Virus record (IMG/VR): IMGVR_UViG_3300044878_000127
Location: 1 to 61,683 of that record
Strand: one strand, 5' to 3'
DNA length: 61,683 nucleotides
DNA from: a virus
Lineage: Duplodnaviria > Caudoviricetes
The stretch's first letter is position 1. Each line of letters starts with the position of its first letter. The translations under genes and the position numbers were made by a program. Below are positions 1 to 7,844 of this stretch, in pieces. The notes below the pieces were generated by a model. The model did not search any database. It saw nothing but the letters and a program-made list of their open reading frames with translations, and had not been told where the DNA came from.

Positions 1-127
1 TCCCCGGCCCTGATCGTGGACAGCGTCCAACTGTCGGGCGCCGTGGCCAAGGTCTGGCTGTCGGGCGGCCTCGCCGGAGACTCCGACACTGTCACTGTGA
101 CGGCGACCACCGCGCAAGGTCGCATCA
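1..127. repeat. Terminal direct repeat, copy 1 (assembly circularisation overlap)
   Basis: Identical to 61557-61683. The length of 127 matches a common assembler k-mer, and an ORF reads through the join. Confidence 0.95.
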
Positions 128-165
128 AGGAAGTCACCTTTAACCTACGCATCGTGGAGTGCTGA
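1..165 (+). CDS. 3' part of a 91-aa tail fibre adaptor-like virion protein spanning the circular junction
   Basis: In frame with ATG 61446; reads ...SPALIVDSVQLSGAVAKVWLSGG...FNLRIVEC and stops at 163-165. Confidence 0.8.
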   Translation, partial: SPALIVDSVQLSGAVAKVWLSGGLAGDSDTVTVTATTAQGRIKEVTFNLRIVEC

Positions 166-166
166 T

Positions 167-1336
167 ATGCCGGCTGTCCTGAGTAACAACGCTGTAAGCC
201 GCTTGGCTTCGTCCCTTACATCCGGCGCGACGTCTTTATCGGTCACGACGGGCGAAGGCGCGAAGTTTCCGACCCTAAGTGGCGGCCAATGGTTCCCCGT
301 GACCTTGCTTACCAGTGCTGGCGCGCTGGAAATTGTGCGCTGTACAGCGCGCAGCGGAGACGTGTTGACCATTGCCCGAGCGCAAGAAGGCACGGCCGCG
401 CGTGCTTTCTCTGCGGGTGATCGTGTAGAGCTTCGAGCGACAGAGGCGGTCTTCGCCGACATGGCCGCCGCAACAGCGACAGCAAAGGCGGCGGCAGACA
501 ACGCACAGAATTCGGCTAACACAGCGCAGGCTGGTGCTGATCTAGCAGTCAAGAAGGATGCAGCCACTGCAACCGGCGCTGCGATCATTCCTGTCGGGAC
601 CTCTGCACAGCGACCAGCAAGCCCAGTTAGCGGGATGCTCCGGTATAACGCGGACTTTCTTGATTTTGATCGCTATCAGGGCGGGAAATGGCTGCCGCTC
701 AACGTCATGGACAAGGCGTTTAACGAGGCGCCACCGGTTACCCTGGCTTCGGCCGCTGCGGTCAATATTGGTGCGGCGCTGGCCAACACGGTCAATATCA
801 GCGGCACGACCACTATCACGGCGTTCGACACCATTGCGGCCGGCGCGATCCGGCGTCTTAACTTCTTGGGTGCGCTGACCCTTACGCACAACGCTACGTC
901 GCTGATCCTTCCGAACGGCGTAAACATCACCACCCGTGCTGGGGATGTGGCTGAGTTCCTGTCGCTGGGCGGTGGCAACTGGCGCTGCCTTAAATATTCC
1001 GAAAGGAAGTTCGTAAGCGCAGAGCAGACAATCACAGCGGGCGGAGCCCTTACCATCGCCCATGGCCTTGGTGTTAAGCCGGAGCAAGTTGGTTTTTACC
1101 TGGTGTGCACTATTGCCACGGGTAACTGGTCGGTAGGAGATGAAATCTTCATCAGACTGGATTTCGAACAATCCAGCGCAAGCGTCACGACCTTTGGCTT
1201 TACGTGCAAGCGTGACGCCACAAACTTGGTCATCCGGTTCGCTGCAAACGGTATTTTCATGATTGACGCCAATAACGGCGGTTACATCACCACCGGCAAT
1301 ACCAACTTCAAAATCGTTTTCGAGGCCCGAGCATGA
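167..1336 (+). CDS. Tail fibre protein
   Basis: 389 aa; N-terminal NNAxSxL...EIVRCTARSGDVLTIARAQEGT anchor typical of podophage fibres; GTSAQRP motif; beta-rich C-terminus. Confidence 0.8.
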   Translation: MPAVLSNNAVSRLASSLTSGATSLSVTTGEGAKFPTLSGGQWFPVTLLTSAGALEIVRCTARSGDVLTIARAQEGTAARAFSAGDRVELRATEAVFADMAAATATAKAAADNAQNSANTAQAGADLAVKKDAATATGAAIIPVGTSAQRPASPVSGMLRYNADFLDFDRYQGGKWLPLNVMDKAFNEAPPVTLASAAAVNIGAALANTVNISGTTTITAFDTIAAGAIRRLNFLGALTLTHNATSLILPNGVNITTRAGDVAEFLSLGGGNWRCLKYSERKFVSAEQTITAGGALTIAHGLGVKPEQVGFYLVCTIATGNWSVGDEIFIRLDFEQSSASVTTFGFTCKRDATNLVIRFAANGIFMIDANNGGYITTGNTNFKIVFEARA

Positions 1337-1740
1337 AATATTACGTTGATAGTGCCAATCGCTATCTGGGTGGCTGGGACAATAGCCCGCCAAGTGGCGC
1401 CGTTGAAGTTCCGCTTCCGCCCGAGGATGCGCGACAGGTGTGGGGTGGCAGTGCTTGGCTTCCATGCGCTGAGGTGGAGCGCGAGCGCTTCAAGGCTTCG
1501 CGAGCTAGCGCCGTAGAGCGAATCACCGTTACCACTAATAGCGGCATGACGTTCGATGGTGACGAGGTAAGCCAGGGTCGGATGGCGCGCGCCATCATTG
1601 GTTTGCAGAATAGCGAGCCGGGCACGTTGATTCGCTGGGTTCTCGCGGACAATACCACTGTCGACGTGAGCGTAGACCAGTTGACCGAGGCGCTGACCTT
1701 GGCTGGCTTGCGCCAGGCCGAACTGTGGGTTAAAGCCTAA
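1333..1740 (+). CDS. Tail fibre assembly/chaperone protein (DUF4376-like)
   Basis: FDGDEVSQGRMARAI...WVLADNT motif; ATGA overlap with the fibre gene. Confidence 0.75.
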   Translation: MKYYVDSANRYLGGWDNSPPSGAVEVPLPPEDARQVWGGSAWLPCAEVERERFKASRASAVERITVTTNSGMTFDGDEVSQGRMARAIIGLQNSEPGTLIRWVLADNTTVDVSVDQLTEALTLAGLRQAELWVKA

Positions 1741-1752
1741 AAGGGGCTCTGC

Positions 1753-3504
1753 ATGTCCATCCTGAAATTAATCGGGTTTGTCGGTGAAACGCCGAAGATT
1801 ATCCCGCGCTTGCTGGGTGATATGGCAGCACAGCAAGCCTCGAACGTGCGGTTGGACGATGGCGGCTTGACGCCGGTACGCAAGCAGCGCTTCGAGCATC
1901 AATTTGTTGGTGCTCCACCGGGCGGCTATCAAACGATCTACAAAAATGGCACTGACTGGATGGGGTGGCCGGGTGATGTTTATGCGGTCCCTGGCCCAGT
2001 GGCCAACGACCGCCTGTACATCACGGGGGATGGAGTCCCCAAGATGCTCGTCGGCGGGGTGACGTATCCACTTGCTGTCCCGTTCCAGGCGACACCGCTG
2101 GTGGCGACCTTGAGCGGAACCCCGACGGTTGGCGCCTCGGGCACTACGCGCCTGTACGTTATGACCTACGTTACGGGCTTCGGCGAGGAATCGGAGCCTA
2201 CGCCGGCCAGCGCAGACGTGTTCTGGACGCCGGGCGAAGTGGTCACTTTGTCCGGGTTTGCCGCCGTGCCGGCCGGACGCAACATCACCTTGCAACGCAT
2301 CTACCGCGCGCAGACTGGCAAGACCGGTACGCAGCTGTTCTTTATTGCCGAGCGCCCAGCGTCAAACGCCAACTACGTTGATAACGTCAGCCCTGAGTTA
2401 CTTCAGGAGGTGATCCCGTCGGTTGGCTGGAACGCGCCACCGGATGACCTCAATGGCTTGATCGCCCTGCCCAACGGCATGATGGCCGGCTTCAGTGGCA
2501 AAGAGCTGTGTTTCTGCGAACCGTACCGCCCGCACGCATGGCCGCAAGCCTATCGCCTGACCATGGATTACAGCCTGGTTGGGCTTGGCGCGTTCTCGTC
2601 GTCGATCATCGTTATGACCGAAGGAACGCCGTACATTGTCAATGGCACCGCGCCGGAAAACATGGTGAGCGAGCGGATCGAGCAAAATCTGCCGTGTATC
2701 AACCCGCGCGGGATTGTCGATTTGGGCTATTCGGTGGTGTACCCCTCGCCCGATGGCCTGGTGCTGGTGACTACCAGCGGGGCGGCGGTGATCACCACGC
2801 AGCTGTTTTCCAGAGACGACTGGCTGCGCTTGAACCCTTACAACATGGTTGCCGGGCAATACAACGGTCGCTACTTCACCAGCTATGGGTTTTCTGACGT
2901 CAACGGGGTTGAGTATCGCGGCACTTTCATCATGGACTTCACTGGTGATCAGCCGTTTTTGATTCGCTCCGATGTCGCCGCGTCAGCTATGTATTTCGAC
3001 CTGCCTACCGGCCAGCTTTATCTGCTGGTAGATGATTCGGTTTATGAGTGGGACTCGCTTAGTCAGCCGTCCGCGCTGCTGTCGTGGAAATCAAAACTGT
3101 TCGTTATGCCTAAGCCGACCAATTTCGGCGCCATCTTAGTCGAGGCTGACGCGGCGATGACGCCTGAGCAGGTCGACGCCATTCAAGCGGAAATAGATCG
3201 AATTCTGGCATTGAACGCGCTGATCTTCATGCAGGACTCCGTAGGGGGCGAGCTTGGCGGCGCCGCATTGAACACGCACCCGGTGAATGGTGACGAATTC
3301 CTGATTATCCCAAGCTTGAGCCGAACGATGTCGGTCAGTGTTTACGCCGACGGCAAACTCATCGCCACCACCGGAAAAAGCAACAGAATGGCTCGTTTGC
3401 CTGGCGGCTTTCTCGCTCGTCTATGGGAAGTCGAAGTGGTCAGCGACATGCCGATTACGCAAATCACCATGGCCGGCACGGGCGCCGAACTGGCGGGGGC
3501 TTGA
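1753..3504 (+). CDS. Tail nozzle/head-closure virion protein
   Basis: 583 aa, beta-propeller-like composition (FCEPYRPHAWP), position in the tail module. Confidence 0.7.
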   Translation: MSILKLIGFVGETPKIIPRLLGDMAAQQASNVRLDDGGLTPVRKQRFEHQFVGAPPGGYQTIYKNGTDWMGWPGDVYAVPGPVANDRLYITGDGVPKMLVGGVTYPLAVPFQATPLVATLSGTPTVGASGTTRLYVMTYVTGFGEESEPTPASADVFWTPGEVVTLSGFAAVPAGRNITLQRIYRAQTGKTGTQLFFIAERPASNANYVDNVSPELLQEVIPSVGWNAPPDDLNGLIALPNGMMAGFSGKELCFCEPYRPHAWPQAYRLTMDYSLVGLGAFSSSIIVMTEGTPYIVNGTAPENMVSERIEQNLPCINPRGIVDLGYSVVYPSPDGLVLVTTSGAAVITTQLFSRDDWLRLNPYNMVAGQYNGRYFTSYGFSDVNGVEYRGTFIMDFTGDQPFLIRSDVAASAMYFDLPTGQLYLLVDDSVYEWDSLSQPSALLSWKSKLFVMPKPTNFGAILVEADAAMTPEQVDAIQAEIDRILALNALIFMQDSVGGELGGAALNTHPVNGDEFLIIPSLSRTMSVSVYADGKLIATTGKSNRMARLPGGFLARLWEVEVVSDMPITQITMAGTGAELAGA

Positions 3505-3505
3505 T

Positions 3506-3697
3506 ATGACACCGCGCGACAAGGAAAAACTCGACGTGCTGGCGGGAGAGCGGGGCGACAAGAGCCAATCCGCCGTGCGCCTGGCCTCTGTTCAGGCATT
3601 GGTGAACAACATCAGTGTTGATCCGTCTGGCGATACTGACGCCGACATCAAGGCATTGTTTGCCTGCATCAACGCGCTACGCATCGCCTTGCGCTGA
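3506..3697 (+). CDS. Small virion-module protein
   Basis: 63 aa MTPRDKEKLDVLAGERG..., starts 1 nt after the upstream stop. Confidence 0.65.
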   Translation: MTPRDKEKLDVLAGERGDKSQSAVRLASVQALVNNISVDPSGDTDADIKALFACINALRIALR

Positions 3698-3700
3698 CGC

Positions 3701-3730
3701 TGGTTCTATACTGGCGCCAATGGTTCTATA
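3701..3730 (+). promoter_or_regulatory. Direct repeat TGGTTCTATA x2 with a -10-like TATACT
   Basis: Copies at 3701-3710 and 3721-3730 in a short intergenic gap before the GNAT gene. Confidence 0.45.
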
Positions 3731-3744
3731 ACCGGAACAACGAC

Positions 3745-4173
3745 ATGACCACGCTTGTGTACGACGATCAACCTGCATTGCTGAACTGGGCCAGTGAGCG
3801 CATCGGCCTGCTGCGCTTCAAGCCAGACGCCAAGGCGTTTGGTGTGCTCCGTGGCGGCGAGCTGTGTGCGGTGGTGGTGTGGGACACCTTTTCAGAGGTG
3901 GACTGCGCCATGCATGTCGCCAGCACTGGCGGCGGTCATTGGTTGAGTCGCGCGGTACTGATCCAAGCCTTCGGCTACCCGTTCATGGATTTGAAGTTGC
4001 GCCGTATCACCGCGCTGATCCCGGCCAAAAAGGTCGAGGCCATCCGCTTCAACGAACACCTGGGCTTCAAGCTTGAGGGGCTATGCCCGGAAGCGATGCC
4101 AGACGATGACATTCAAATTCGCGGCATGCTCCGTCGAGAGTGCCGTTTTATTCCCCCGGAGTATCGCCAATGA
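3745..4173 (+). CDS. GNAT-family acyltransferase
   Basis: RimJ-like C-terminus (RRITALIPAKKVEAIRFNEHLGFKLEG). Confidence 0.8.
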   Translation: MTTLVYDDQPALLNWASERIGLLRFKPDAKAFGVLRGGELCAVVVWDTFSEVDCAMHVASTGGGHWLSRAVLIQAFGYPFMDLKLRRITALIPAKKVEAIRFNEHLGFKLEGLCPEAMPDDDIQIRGMLRRECRFIPPEYRQ

Positions 4174-5111
4174 TGATGCGAGATTTTTGGAACCCGGCAG
4201 CACTGGAGCCGGGCAGCTTGCACCTTCGGCCGTCGAAGTTTGATCAGCGCTTGGCGGTGCTTGCGATTGGGCGCCACGTCTGTTTTGGCAAGGGCGGCGG
4301 CGGTTCGCCGGATGCTGACCCGCAGGTTGGTGAAGCGGCGAAGATGACCGCGCAGACCGGCGCCGACTGGCTCGACTTTGCCAAAACGCAGTTTGCCGAG
4401 AGCCAGGTGCGTCAGGACAAGGTCGACGCGCTGACCAATGAGGTGACCACCCAGCAACTGGGCGACATGCGCAAGGCCAGTGCGCGCAGCGACGACCAGT
4501 GGGACCGCTACAACAACCTGTTCAAGCCCGTCGAAGACCGCATGGTGTCGGACGCGCTGAACTATGACACCCCGGAAGCCCAGGCCAAGGCCGCCGCCGA
4601 GGCCAAAGCCGATGTCATGTCGAACGCTGGCCAGTCGCAGCAGCAGAACACGCGGCAGATGGCGAGCATGGGCATTGATCCGCGCAGCGGTCGCTTTGCC
4701 GGTGTGGACCGGACCACCGACCTGTCGACGGCGCTGGCCGCAGCCGGCGCGCAGAACGGCGCCCGTGAAGGCGTGAAGGCGACAGGCATGGCCTTGCGTG
4801 AAGGCGTGGCCAACTTCGGCCGAGGCTCGACGTCGACCGCCGCGCAACAGGTCGGGCTCAGCACCAACTCGGGCAACTCGGCCACCGGCAACCAGCTCGG
4901 CGCCGAAAGCAATTTCCGGGCGAACGGGCAGATCATGGCGCAAGGTTTTCAGGGTGCCATGAACGGCTACAGCAGCCAGGCCAACATTTTGGGCAACCAA
5001 CAAAGTCAGGCGCTGCAAGCCCAAGGCATGGATAATCAGGCGGCACAAGCCAAAGGACAGGCTACCGGCGCCATCGTCGGCACCATCGGCACTCTCGCCC
5101 TGGCATTCTGA
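4170..5111 (+). CDS. Internal virion/ejection protein with N-terminal leader and GKGGGGS motif
   Basis: A/Q/G-rich, hydrophobic C-terminus; ATGA coupling to the GNAT gene. Confidence 0.7.
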   Translation: MMMRDFWNPAALEPGSLHLRPSKFDQRLAVLAIGRHVCFGKGGGGSPDADPQVGEAAKMTAQTGADWLDFAKTQFAESQVRQDKVDALTNEVTTQQLGDMRKASARSDDQWDRYNNLFKPVEDRMVSDALNYDTPEAQAKAAAEAKADVMSNAGQSQQQNTRQMASMGIDPRSGRFAGVDRTTDLSTALAAAGAQNGAREGVKATGMALREGVANFGRGSTSTAAQQVGLSTNSGNSATGNQLGAESNFRANGQIMAQGFQGAMNGYSSQANILGNQQSQALQAQGMDNQAAQAKGQATGAIVGTIGTLALAF

Positions 5112-5121
5112 GGATTTCCCA

Positions 5122-6492
5122 TTGATCGAGGCTATCAACCGCGCCACTGACTTATCCCTAAACAAAGGTCTGCGCGTCATGCAGACCGCGCTCATTGGCG
5201 GGAGTCAGGCTGCGCACGTCGAGTACCTGTTAAAGCTGATGAACCCGATTCCCGGCGCGCACATCGTTGACGCCGGGTGCGGCATTGGCGAAGTGCCGTG
5301 GTTGATGCAGGGGCACCGACCGGACTTGGAATTTACCCTGGTCAACATCAGTCAGCACCAGCTGGATATGGCGCCATTTGGCCCGCAGTTTCACCAGCTG
5401 CTGGCCGACTTCACCAACAGCCAGTTGCCAGCCGGCTGCGCCGACGTGGTGATGTTCAACAGCGCGTTGTGCCAGATGCCGATTAATCAGGCCCTGAGCG
5501 AAGCCCGGCGCCTGCTCAAGCCGGGCGGCCAGTTGTTCGTCTGCGATCTGGCGATTGCTGAATACCGCGAGCTGCCCGAGCTGTACGCCACGTTCATGCC
5601 GGCCGATACCTGGAGCGAAGTGATCGAGCGCCATGGTTTCAAGATGATGAAAACCATCCTGACGACCGGTGACATGGAGCATTTTTCGGGCGAGTTCGAG
5701 GACTTCGAGCAGGCTTTGCCTGACGCCATGGTCTACATCGCGCAGTTCAGCAAGCAGGCCGATGATGCGCACTTGATGTCAGCGCTCGACCGGCATGAAC
5801 GCATTGCCTTTCAATTCAGCGGTGGCAAGGATTCGTTTGCGGCGCTGCTCCTGCTCCAAGAGCACTGGCCGCAGATGACTGTGTACTGGACGAATACCGG
5901 TGACCCGGTGCCGGAAGTGCTGGCGATGGTGGATCAGGTGCGCGCGCTGGTGCCGCACTTTGTCGAGATTGCCGGGCGGGTGAATGAGCAGATCGCCGCG
6001 CACGGCTTGCCGTCTGACCTGGTGCCGACCACTTCGGCGCCGACCGGGCTTATCGCCTACGGCGGCGGCGTGGCGCTGCAAGACCGCTTCAACTGCTGCT
6101 ATCACTCGTTGATGCTGCCAATGCAGGAACGCATGGTAGCCGATGGCGTGACGCTGATCGTGCGCGGGCAGAAGAGCGCCGACGTGATGAAGTCGCCATT
6201 GCGCTCGGGCGCCCTGCACGACGGCATCGAGCTGCTGTTTCCCATTGAGCACTGGACGGACACCGACGTGTTCGACTACCTCAACGGCAACGCCTTTGTG
6301 CCGGAGTATTACGAGCACCTGACCGCGTCGCCGGACTGCCTGACCTGTTCGGCCTACTGGGGCGAAAGTCGCGCCACTTGGCTGAAGACCAAACACCCCG
6401 AGGCCTATCAGGTCTATCAGGGTAAGCTCGACGTCATTCGCGAGGCGGTCATGCCGCACATCGCCCTGTTTAATCTGGAGGTTGCGCAATGA
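5122..6492 (+). CDS. SAM methyltransferase fused to a PAPS/APS-reductase-like domain
   Basis: VDAGCGIG motif I; PP-loop FSGGKDS; CC...CLTC cysteines; TTG start after GAGG. Confidence 0.85.
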   Translation: MIEAINRATDLSLNKGLRVMQTALIGGSQAAHVEYLLKLMNPIPGAHIVDAGCGIGEVPWLMQGHRPDLEFTLVNISQHQLDMAPFGPQFHQLLADFTNSQLPAGCADVVMFNSALCQMPINQALSEARRLLKPGGQLFVCDLAIAEYRELPELYATFMPADTWSEVIERHGFKMMKTILTTGDMEHFSGEFEDFEQALPDAMVYIAQFSKQADDAHLMSALDRHERIAFQFSGGKDSFAALLLLQEHWPQMTVYWTNTGDPVPEVLAMVDQVRALVPHFVEIAGRVNEQIAAHGLPSDLVPTTSAPTGLIAYGGGVALQDRFNCCYHSLMLPMQERMVADGVTLIVRGQKSADVMKSPLRSGALHDGIELLFPIEHWTDTDVFDYLNGNAFVPEYYEHLTASPDCLTCSAYWGESRATWLKTKHPEAYQVYQGKLDVIREAVMPHIALFNLEVAQ

Positions 6493-7766
6493 GCGGTTAC
6501 GGTTCTCTCGGTGTTGTTAACGGGCTGTCCCAAGGGATCGGGATCGGCAATCAGTTGGTAGACGCCTACTATCGCGGCCAGGAAAACAAGGACCGTGCCG
6601 AAGTCAAAAACGTGATGGCCGAAGGGTTGGCCGGGGCCAAGCAGAGTCGCGCCGACGACATCGAGGCCAACTCTCAGGTGGGCAGCAAGGCCAACGCCAG
6701 CGACACCATGACCATGCCGACTTTCGACGACACGCGCGGCAACAGCTTTGCTGACGCTGATGCGCAAAAGAAGGGCGCCGAGAAAAACGCGCCGTCGGTG
6801 GATGATTTCTACATGCGCGACGTGGTGCCGAAGATCAAGGAAACGTATCTGTCGCAGGGTAATGCGCAGGGCGCCGACGCATGGGATCAGTGGACGCAGA
6901 ACAAGCAGACGCAGACCGGCATGAAGCACTGGACGCAGGCCCTGCGCTCGGCGCAGATCGGTGACTTCAAGTCCTACGCTGACAACATGGTCAAGGCCTA
7001 CAACACCGACGGCTATTACGACGACGGTTTGCACGCCGAGGGTTACGACCTGGTGAAGGATAAGGACGGCAACACCACCGGCCTGACCCTGAACATGAAG
7101 AACAAGGACACCGGCGAGAAATTCGCGCAGACCATCCATGGTCAAGACGACATGATTCAGGCGGGCATCGGCCTGCTCGACCCTGCCAACGCCTTCAAAA
7201 CCACCATGGCCCGGGCGGCAGCGGCGCAGGCAGCGAGCGCCAAGGTCGGGCTTGAGCAGAACAAGTTCCAGAACAACCTGGTGCGCGATGAGCGCAAGGC
7301 CACGATCCAGGGTAACGTCGCCAGCCAGCTTGAAGACCAGCGCCAAGGCAACCGCTCAGCGCTCATGCGCGAAGGCAAAGAGCTGGACGTGCAGAACGCA
7401 GGCGCCACGCTCAACAACAAGATCGAGGTGCTGAAGAAGGCCGGCTACGACGAAAAGTTTATCAAGGAAGCGTTGCCGCAAATCCTCGGGATCGGCCAGT
7501 ACAAGAAGCCGGCCGACCCGCAGGAAACCCGGCGCATGCTGTTTCAGGCGCGCCTGAGCGACTTCAATTTCACCCGCAAGACGCCGCAGCAGCAGGCCGC
7601 GCAGATCGAGCAGGACATGCAGCTGATCGGTGGCGGCAGCCAAGGCCCAGCGCCGAGCAACCCCATGGCCAGCGGTTTGCCCGGCACGCAGGCGCAGACC
7701 TCGCCGGGCAAAGGTACGCCGATGATCTTCGACACCAAGACCGGGCAAATGATGCCCTATCAGTAA
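6489..7766 (+). CDS. Internal virion/ejection protein
   Basis: 425 aa, helical, G-rich N-terminus, directly upstream of the giant protein. Confidence 0.65.
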   Translation: MSGYGSLGVVNGLSQGIGIGNQLVDAYYRGQENKDRAEVKNVMAEGLAGAKQSRADDIEANSQVGSKANASDTMTMPTFDDTRGNSFADADAQKKGAEKNAPSVDDFYMRDVVPKIKETYLSQGNAQGADAWDQWTQNKQTQTGMKHWTQALRSAQIGDFKSYADNMVKAYNTDGYYDDGLHAEGYDLVKDKDGNTTGLTLNMKNKDTGEKFAQTIHGQDDMIQAGIGLLDPANAFKTTMARAAAAQAASAKVGLEQNKFQNNLVRDERKATIQGNVASQLEDQRQGNRSALMREGKELDVQNAGATLNNKIEVLKKAGYDEKFIKEALPQILGIGQYKKPADPQETRRMLFQARLSDFNFTRKTPQQQAAQIEQDMQLIGGGSQGPAPSNPMASGLPGTQAQTSPGKGTPMIFDTKTGQMMPYQ

Positions 7767-7844
7767 CCCTGCTACCCTCGGTCGCCGGTTGGCGCTAGAA
7801 TCGAACCATCTGATTCAGTTATCCAACCGCGCCGAGGACATCCC

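Noticed and set aside
167-1740. Diversity-generating retroelement or invertible fibre cassette
   Set aside because: No reverse transcriptase, invertase or template/variable repeat pair seen.
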